Shown here: in pieces, positions 56,610 through 64,000 of the stretch
Layout: each line of letters begins with the position of its first letter
How positions within the stretch are numbered: the stretch's first letter is position 1
Made by a program: the position numbers and the translations under genes
The notes under the pieces: model-generated
Told to the model about the DNA's origin: nothing
The model's database searches: none
Seen by the model: the letters and a program-made list of their open reading frames with translations, nothing else
DNA from: an uncultured Spirochaetota bacterium
GTDB taxonomy: Bacteria > Spirochaetota > Spirochaetia > SZUA-6 > Fen-1364
Length of the DNA: 64,000 bases
NCBI GenBank assembly: GCA_963845535.1
Contig: CAWJSK010000013.1
Span: 247,591 to 311,590 of the forward strand
Direction of reading: 5' to 3'

Positions 56610-57175
56610 AGGCCGTCATCCTGGGAGGAACGTTCAACCCGGTGCACTACGGACATCTTTTCATCGCTGAAGAGGTAAGAAGCGCGTTCGGGTATGAGGC
56701 GGCAATCTTCGTGCCCGCCAACCAGCCCGTTCACAAGGACCCCTCGCCCATCCTGCCTGCTGCTCACAGGCTGGAGATGCTCCGGCGGGCCGTCCAGGGA
56801 TGTCCCGAGTTCCTCGTGGTGGAGAGTGAGATCAAGCGCGGAGGACCTTCGTATTCCATAGACACGGTGGAAGAGCTCGTCGAAAAGTTCGCGCTCGGCG
56901 AAAAGCCCGGGTTTCTCATCGGGGACGACCTCGTCGAGGGCTTCCCGACGTGGAAGGATGCTCTGAAGCTCTCCCGGATGGTGGACCTGTTCGTGGCCCG
57001 CAGGACTGTGGTCGGCCCGTTGTCCTTGGAGTATCCTCACCATGTGGTTTCCAATGCCGTCCTCCCCATCTCGTCTTCGGAGATACGCAGGCGGATTTCC
57101 GAGGGGCGCACCGTGCGTTTTCTCCTTCCGGATGGGGTGCTGGACTACATCAAGGCGAACAAACTGTATGGATGA
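56606..57175 (+). CDS. nadD: Nicotinate-nucleotide adenylyltransferase
   Basis: 'GGTFNPVHYGH', 'ISSSEIR'. Confidence 0.95.
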   Translation: MKAVILGGTFNPVHYGHLFIAEEVRSAFGYEAAIFVPANQPVHKDPSPILPAAHRLEMLRRAVQGCPEFLVVESEIKRGGPSYSIDTVEELVEKFALGEKPGFLIGDDLVEGFPTWKDALKLSRMVDLFVARRTVVGPLSLEYPHHVVSNAVLPISSSEIRRRISEGRTVRFLLPDGVLDYIKANKLYG

Positions 57176-57746
57176 CAGGAATGTATGGCGTTCCCGGGCT
57201 GCCGCTCTCGCTGAGGCGAGCCTTTCCCGCCCCCGGCTCTCCCACTCCCGCGAGGTCGCCAGGCTCTGCTGCGAGCTGTGTGACCGCTTTCACGTGGATG
57301 AAGAGAAAGGATACATCGCCGGGATGTGTCATGACCTGGGACGTGAGCTGGAAACCTCGGAGATAGTCCTCCTGGCCGAGAATGACGGCCTTCCGCTTTC
57401 CCCCCAGGAGCGGGCGAGCCCTTTCCTCCTCCACGGCCGGGCCGGAGCCGCCATCCTCCTCAAAGATACCGGCTATTCCGACCCTGTGACCCTTGATGCC
57501 GTCCGTGACCACATCACGGGACGCCCGGGGATGGGAAACCTTTCGAAGATCGTTTTCGCCGCGGACTACCTGGAACCTACGCGGGAGTTCGTGTCCCCCG
57601 AGTTCCGTCGGCGCACCCTGGCCTTGAGCCTCGACGAGATGACGCTCGCGGTGCTGGAGAGGAAGCTCCACCACGTGCGCGCCCAGTCACGCGAGGTCGC
57701 CCCCGCGGCGCAGGCTTTCTACGAGGAGCTGACACGGCATGCTTGA
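57168..57746 (+). CDS. yqeK: YqeK HD-domain Ap4A hydrolase
   Basis: 'HS', 'HD', 'LLHG', 'ADYLEP.R'; follows nadD. Confidence 0.88.
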   Translation: MDDRNVWRSRAAALAEASLSRPRLSHSREVARLCCELCDRFHVDEEKGYIAGMCHDLGRELETSEIVLLAENDGLPLSPQERASPFLLHGRAGAAILLKDTGYSDPVTLDAVRDHITGRPGMGNLSKIVFAADYLEPTREFVSPEFRRRTLALSLDEMTLAVLERKLHHVRAQSREVAPAAQAFYEELTRHA

Positions 57747-58926
57747 GAGACGGAGCCGCAAACCCGACAGGAGCGTGATCCTGCTCGCGTTGATCATCCT
57801 CGTCGTCGCTGCCTCCGGTGTCTATGCGTTCCTGCAATTGCGCGTGGACCAGATCACGGAGGCGCTGAAGAAGAACCTCCCGCTCAATACGCTTTTCATC
57901 TTCTCGGACGGCGAAAATGCGCTGTTCTTCGAGGTCTTCTTTTACACGCCGGAGACGCGCAAAGGATCGCTTTTCTACGTGCCCGCGAACCTCGGCGGGG
58001 TCATCGCCCGCCTCAACAAGGTGGACGGGATCGACGCTCTGTACCGCAGGTCCAACCCGGCCGCGGTCAAAGCGCGGATTGAGAACCTCCTCGGGGTCGG
58101 GATTGCTTGCGTGATCGACATCAGCAAGGAGGATGTCTCCAAGCTGGTGGACCTCATTGGCGGAGTCGAGGTCTTCATCCCCAATCCTGTGGATCTCACC
58201 TCCAATGGCGTACGCGTCCTCCTGCCTTCCGGGAGCGTGAACCTCGACGGGGACAAGGCCTGGGAATACATTTCTTACCGGGACCCGCTGGAAACGGACG
58301 CGGACATGATCAGCCGCAGGCAGAAGTTCCTCCAGTCCCTGCTCAAGGGCCTCGGGGAGAAGAACGCCTTCCTGATCCAGCGCGGTTCCCTGCGGATGTT
58401 CAAGTCGCTCGTCCGAACCAATCTCTCTCTTCGCGCGCTCGCCTCTTTTGTGCAGGAAATGGGCCGGTTCGACTCGGAACGCATGGTGCTGCAGCGGGTC
58501 CTCGGCACCACGCGTACCGTGGACGGCCGCGACCTCCTGTTTCCCCACCAGGAAGGGGAGTTGCTGAAGGAAGCCGTGAAGCAGGCAGTCGCGGCGAACG
58601 CCTCGAGTGAGTTCGTGGCCCCGGATTCCTTCTCGATCACCGTCGAGGTCCTGAACGGGACAAAAACCCCGGGGCTGGCAAACCGCGCGCGGGATCTTTT
58701 CCAGAGTTACGACCTGGAAGTGATGCCGCCGAACAACGCGGACAATGACCAGTACCAGAACACCGTGGTGCTGGATCGCAAAGGGAAGCTGGACGACGCG
58801 AAGAAAGTGGCCGACATCATCCGCTGTACGAGGGTCTACTCACGGCCTGATCCGCAAATGGACCAGGCTGTGGATGTCACCGTGATCCTGGGAAAAGATT
58901 TCGATGGCCGGCTCGTCAAGCAGTAA
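57739..58926 (+). CDS. LCP-family protein with LytR C-terminal domain
   Basis: N-terminal TM, 'VDLIGGVEV', 'R..RQ', 'VEVLNGT..GLA'. Confidence 0.85.
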   Translation: MLERRSRKPDRSVILLALIILVVAASGVYAFLQLRVDQITEALKKNLPLNTLFIFSDGENALFFEVFFYTPETRKGSLFYVPANLGGVIARLNKVDGIDALYRRSNPAAVKARIENLLGVGIACVIDISKEDVSKLVDLIGGVEVFIPNPVDLTSNGVRVLLPSGSVNLDGDKAWEYISYRDPLETDADMISRRQKFLQSLLKGLGEKNAFLIQRGSLRMFKSLVRTNLSLRALASFVQEMGRFDSERMVLQRVLGTTRTVDGRDLLFPHQEGELLKEAVKQAVAANASSEFVAPDSFSITVEVLNGTKTPGLANRARDLFQSYDLEVMPPNNADNDQYQNTVVLDRKGKLDDAKKVADIIRCTRVYSRPDPQMDQAVDVTVILGKDFDGRLVKQ

Positions 58927-59272
58927 GGATACGGCCCTGGAGGCTGCGCGGCTGATAGCCGACCACAAGGGAGAGGATACCGTGGTGCTCGACATCACGG
59001 GGATCAGTGCTCTTGCCGACTTTTTCATCATTACGACCGCCCGCAGCTCGGCCCACCTCGCCGGCCTGCTGAGGGAGCTTACGGAGTTCTTCCACGAGCG
59101 CGGAATCCGCCCCCGCGGTCATCACCGGCGCTCTACGGTCAACGGATGGCTTCTTCTGGACTGTGGAGACTTCATTGTGCATTTGATGGAAAAGGAACAG
59201 AGGGACTTTTATGACCTGGAACGGCTCTGGTTCAAAGCGGAACGGGTCCCTTACTGGTCGAAGTCCTCGTAG
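58904..59272 (+). CDS. rsfS: Ribosome silencing factor
   Basis: 'W.LLD.GD..VH.M....RDFYDLERLW'. Confidence 0.93.
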   Translation: MAGSSSSKDTALEAARLIADHKGEDTVVLDITGISALADFFIITTARSSAHLAGLLRELTEFFHERGIRPRGHHRRSTVNGWLLLDCGDFIVHLMEKEQRDFYDLERLWFKAERVPYWSKSS

Positions 59273-59667
59273 TCGAGGTCTTCGTCTATATCGTACTCCT
59301 CTTCGTCGAGGTAGTCTTCCTCATCGTACTCTTCTTCTTCCTCATCTTCGTCGAAATCCTCATCCGCTTCTTCCTCTTCTTCCTCTTCCTCTGAGTCGTC
59401 CTCCTCTTCTTCCTCTTCCTCTTCTTCTTCCTCGAAGTCCTCATCGAGGTCCTCTTCGAAGTCTTCGTCTTCCTCTTCTTCTATCTCTTCCTCATCATAA
59501 TCCTCTTCAAGATCATCCTCGTAGTCATCGAAGTCTTCGTCGAGATCCTCTTCCTCTTCGTCCCCGCCCGCGGGTTCTTCTTCTTCCTTTCCCTTGCCCT
59601 TTACCAGGGAATAGGAAAGGAACCCCGCAGCGAACTCATCATCATTGTTTCTCAAGTTTTCCAGCAT
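59251..59667 (-). CDS. Extremely acidic low-complexity protein
   Basis: Open Asp/Glu-rich frame with mixed codons; GGGGTG SD. Confidence 0.7.
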   Translation of the reverse strand: MLENLRNNDDEFAAGFLSYSLVKGKGKEEEEPAGGDEEEEDLDEDFDDYEDDLEEDYDEEEIEEEEDEDFEEDLDEDFEEEEEEEEEEEDDSEEEEEEEEADEDFDEDEEEEEYDEEDYLDEEEYDIDEDLDYEDFDQ

Positions 59668-60050
59668 GATTCACCCCGCCTGAGCCCGAGAAGTATGAAA
59701 CCTAGCTGAATCTACGTCCAGAATTTGCGACTTGTCAACTACTATTTTCCTCTTTAAAGTTCCGCACGGCAAAACGGTTCGGCGTCTTCCCTTTGCGCGC
59801 GTGATATCACAGAGTGCCGCCCAAAAGGCTCAGGCCGGTCGCAGCAATCCACCGCGCCGTACGCAGCCGGATGCACGCCGTGCGCAAGCTGGAGGCAGAC
59901 CAGGACCCAGCCGTACGCACGCCATGCGCAAGCTGGACACAGCCGTAGGCGGCCGTGCGCTTGCCGGCGCAGGCGCCGGCGACCCCCTTGCTTCCCGCAC
60001 CAGCGTCTGGTAGAATGGCTGGATGCGGATTCGCCAGTGGGAGGCCACCC

Positions 60051-60401
60051 ATGGAGATTACGGACATTCGCATCAAGAAGGTAGAGTCTGACAACAAGCT
60101 GAAGGCGTACGTCACGATCACCTTCGACAACTGCTTCGTCGTTCACAACCTGAAGATCATCATGGGCCAGTTCGGGCGGTTCGTGGCGATGCCGAGCAGG
60201 AAAACGCGGGATGGGGAGTTCAAGGACATCGCTCACCCCATCAACTCGGACTTCCGCAGGAAAATCCAGGCACGCATCCTGGAGGAGTTTGACAAAGGGG
60301 GCGGGGAACAGCATATTTCCGGCCAGGATGTGGATTCTCTTGCGGACGCCGGCTCCGAGGACGGTGAACCGTTGGAGAGTGGCGAGCCCGAGCCGGTATA
60401 A
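60051..60401 (+). CDS. spoVG: SpoVG-family nucleic-acid-binding protein
   Basis: 'MEITDIRI', 'FVAMPSRK', 'FKDIAHPIN'. Confidence 0.95.
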   Translation: MEITDIRIKKVESDNKLKAYVTITFDNCFVVHNLKIIMGQFGRFVAMPSRKTRDGEFKDIAHPINSDFRRKIQARILEEFDKGGGEQHISGQDVDSLADAGSEDGEPLESGEPEPV

Positions 60402-60442
60402 GCGCTGGCGTCGGGAGCGCGGCGTCGGGGCCCGCTCCACCG

Positions 60443-60514
60443 TGGGACGTCGGCAAGTGGTAAGCCACCGGAATTTGGATCCGGTTACCGCAGGTTCGAA
60501 TCCTGCCGTCCCAG
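60443..60514 (+). tRNA. tRNA-Gln(TTG)
   Basis: TGGGACG..CCGGA-ATTTGGA-TCCGG..GGTTCGAATCC..CGTCCCAG cloverleaf. Confidence 0.93.
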
Positions 60515-60640
60515 TACTGATCACGAGGTGCACTGGCGGCACTCACGAGCAGCGTTCGCTGCTGGAGGGGCCGCGGAACCATGCACATACCTGCCGCGGG
60601 AAGGCCTACGGGGCAAACGCGGCTACCAAGGAGTCTCTGA

Positions 60641-61300
60641 ATGGAAGCGAAGAAGCTGAATGTCGAGTCGCGCCAGGGTGGCGGGAAGTCCGTGGCCGGC
60701 CGGCTGCGGCGTGAAGGGAAGATCCCGGCGGTCATCTATGGCCATACCTCCCCGACGCCCATCGCCATCGACGCTCGCGAGTTCAGGAACGCGTTCAAGC
60801 GGATCACCGGGAACACCATCGTCGAGCTGCACATGCCCGGGGGTGTTCACGAAGTCCTCGTGAAGGATTACCAGAGGGACAATCTCTCAGGCCAGATCCT
60901 CCACGTGGACTTCTACGAGTTCGAGAGGGGAAAGGCGCTGCGCACCCGCGTCCCCATCCGCCTCACCGGCAACCCCGTGGGCGTCAAAGAAGGAGGTATC
61001 CTCGAGAGCCAGCTCCGCGAGCTCGACCTGGAATGCCTTCCCAAGGACCTCCCCGAAGAGATCGTGCTTGACATTTCGGAGCTGGGGCTCGACAAGGCGC
61101 TTCACGTCAGGGACCTCATGCTGCCTCCGGGGGTGAAGGTGCTCCTTGCCTCAGATCAGGTCGTCTGCCTTGTGGCCCATCGCAAGGCGGAGGAAGAAGT
61201 GGCTCCTGCCGCAGTGGAAGGCGAAGTTCCGGCGGAGGGCGAAGCCGCCGCGGAGGGAGAAGGAGAGACCGCCGCGGAGACAGAGGAGAAAGAGGAGTAG
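60641..61300 (+). CDS. rplY: 50S ribosomal protein L25/Ctc
   Basis: 'LRREGKIPAVIYG', 'HVDF', 'GVKEGG'. Confidence 0.95.
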   Translation: MEAKKLNVESRQGGGKSVAGRLRREGKIPAVIYGHTSPTPIAIDAREFRNAFKRITGNTIVELHMPGGVHEVLVKDYQRDNLSGQILHVDFYEFERGKALRTRVPIRLTGNPVGVKEGGILESQLRELDLECLPKDLPEEIVLDISELGLDKALHVRDLMLPPGVKVLLASDQVVCLVAHRKAEEEVAPAAVEGEVPAEGEAAAEGEGETAAETEEKEE

Positions 61301-61312
61301 TCCCTGCCTCTG

Positions 61313-61891
61313 GTGGTTGTCGGTCTGGGGAACCCCGGCGAACGCTACGCGGACACCCGCCACAACGTCGGCTTTGCGGTCGTGGACAGCCTGGCGGCGC
61401 AGCTCGGCGTGTCGTTCAAAAAGAAACTCTTCCGCTCCCATTGCATCGCGAAGGCGAGCCACGGGGGCGGAAGCTTCTATCTGGTGAAGCCCCTTACATT
61501 CATGAATGCCTCAGGACCGGCGGTTCGGGAATCGCTGCGGGAAACCGGCGGCTCTCCCTCGGACCTGCTCGTCATATGCGATAACCTGGACCTTTCTCCC
61601 GGGAGCTGCAGACTCCGCTTGCGCGGGTCCTCCGGGGGGCAGAAAGGGCTGGAATCAGTCATCTCAGCGCTCGGTACCAGCGACTTCATGCGCCTGACCG
61701 TGGGAATCGGCAGGCCCTCACACAAGGGGAAAGTCGTGGGGCACGTGTTGACCGCGCCGAGCCGTGACGAGGCTGCTCTGCTTGCGCAGGGGGTGGAGAA
61801 GGCGGTGCGCGCGGTCCTGGAGCTTCTCGAATCCGGCCCGCAGAAAGTGATGAACGCTTACAACCGCAAGGAAGAAAGCCGCGCTCCATGA
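61313..61891 (+). CDS. pth: Peptidyl-tRNA hydrolase
   Basis: 'VGLGNPG..Y..TRHNVGF', 'KPLTFMN.SG'; exact start uncertain. Confidence 0.93.
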   Translation: MVVGLGNPGERYADTRHNVGFAVVDSLAAQLGVSFKKKLFRSHCIAKASHGGGSFYLVKPLTFMNASGPAVRESLRETGGSPSDLLVICDNLDLSPGSCRLRLRGSSGGQKGLESVISALGTSDFMRLTVGIGRPSHKGKVVGHVLTAPSRDEAALLAQGVEKAVRAVLELLESGPQKVMNAYNRKEESRAP

Positions 61892-63295
61892 GACAGGTGG
61901 AAGATGCGGTGCGCGCGGCGCTCCGCGCCGGATCCGTGAAGGATGGTTCATCGGTCCTCATCGGCATCTCCGGCGGGCCTGACTCCACGGCGCTGTTGCG
62001 CGCCTTCGGGTCAATTCGGGCTGAATCAGGGTTGATCCTGTTTGCCTGCATCGTGGACCACGGGATTCGACCCCCGCGGGAGGTCGAAGAGGATATCGCT
62101 TTCGTCCGAGCGCTGTGTGAGGCTCACGGAGTCCCGCTGACTGTTGCCCGAGTTCCGGCGGGGGAAATCAAGCGGCGGGCAAGAGCTGAGTCGAGAAGCC
62201 TCGAAGAGCTGGCCCGGGAAGAGCGTCACCGTCTGCTCAGGGATGCCGCGCGCCGGCTGAACGCGCGTTGGATTGCCCTCGGACATACGCAGGACGACGC
62301 GCTGGAGACCGTGCTCATGCGTTTCCTGCAAGGCTCCGACGTGGGAGCGTTGGCGGGAATCCCCGGGGTGAGAGGACCTCTGGTGAGGCCGCTCCTTGGC
62401 TGCTCTCGCGAAGAAATCCTGGACTACCTGCGCTCACTGGGACAGACTTGGAGAGAGGACTCCACGAACGCTGACCTTTCGCTCTTGCGAAATCGGATCC
62501 GCCACGTGCTCGTTCCCCTTCTGGCCAGGGAGTTCCCGGGATCCCGTTCGGGAGTCCTGGGTTTCTCCAAAAAAGCCGCCCTTGTGGGCCAGCTTCTCCG
62601 AGAGCAGGGGAAGGTGATGGGCTGGATAAAGGGCGGGCAGGGGTTCTCGATTTCGATGGATGCGTTCCTCGCAACGCCTGCCGCCGTACGGGCCGCCGAG
62701 CTCATGAGGTTGTACGACTCCTTGCGGTCGCCGTCTTCCCCGCGGAGATTGCCGTGGCGCTTCCTTGCCCCCGCGCTCCATGATGTTCTGCCGGGAACAA
62801 CCGGAACCATCATCCAGGGCCATGGTGTCGGCCTTGCCCTCCGTGGATCACGCCTCTTTTGGGAACGCTGTATTGTCACGCATTGCAAAAAGAGCTATTT
62901 TATAGAAGTCTCCGGAACCGGAACCTTCAGCGTGCCGGGAGTCGGCGTGCGCATAAGCTTTGTCCGGTGCAGTGGGAAAACGAGCCCGGCGGCGAACGAC
63001 ATGGAACTGCGGGCGCTGGATGTCCAGTGGCCGCTTGTCCTGAGGTCAAGGAGAAGAGGAGACGAAATTCTTCTTGAACGCGGTTCAACGCCCCTGAAAG
63101 AGCTGTTGGCTGGGTGGAAGCTTTCTGAGGGACAGAGGCAAAGGGTCCCCGTCCTGGCGGACAGGAAAGGGGTAGTGGCGGTCCTGGGGCTCGCGGTCGG
63201 GCACCCGGGTCGAAGCCGATCGGGCGCCCGCATCCCGGATGGCGGGGATGTGGAACGCATTATCGTTCGAGCAGACGGGAACATGGAAGAGGGAC

Positions 63296-63315
<20 letters not shown>
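61888..63315 (+). CDS. tilS: tRNA(Ile)-lysidine synthase
   Basis: 'SGGPDS', 'VDHG.R', 'GHTQDD..ET', 'RNRIR'. Confidence 0.93.

Positions 63316-64000
<685 letters not shown>

Overview
High-GC bacterial chromosome segment, probably from a free-living Spirochaetia (inferred from gene order only). Left part (1-24.9 kb): an ArsR-DsrE-TusA-NarI-like-HdrD-like sulfur/redox operon, a GH1 glycosidase, queuosine genes (yhhQ, queF), a membrane Ser/Thr kinase-phosphatase-FHA-vWA operon, cydAB divergent from cydDC, an HtrA protease, and a small lower-GC patch of surface lipoprotein genes. Middle (24947-38423): a 13.4-kb element integrated in tRNA-Arg(CCG) and bounded by a perfect 45-bp direct repeat. It encodes an integrase (apparent ACG start), Xis, an HTH replication protein with an internal ori-like repeat and a TerS-like protein, but no recognisable capsid, portal, TerL, tail or lysis genes, so it looks like a phage satellite. 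Unusual contents are several small proteins sharing an L..YP(S/T) motif, a sigma-like protein, an LmbU-like regulator, a second XerD-like recombinase, and an adjacent ~530-nt heavily folded non-coding region with a duplicated covarying motif. Right part (38.5-64 kb): core translation, replication and envelope genes (maf, rpsB, tsf, frr, uppS, cdsA, rseP, dnaB, rplI, rpsR, ssb, rpsF, rplU, prp, rpmA, obgE, nadD, yqeK, LCP, rsfS, spoVG, tRNA-Gln, rplY, pth, tilS, partial ftsH). Three single-base frameshifts in short homopolymers suggest sequencing indel errors. All family calls are by eye, without database searches.
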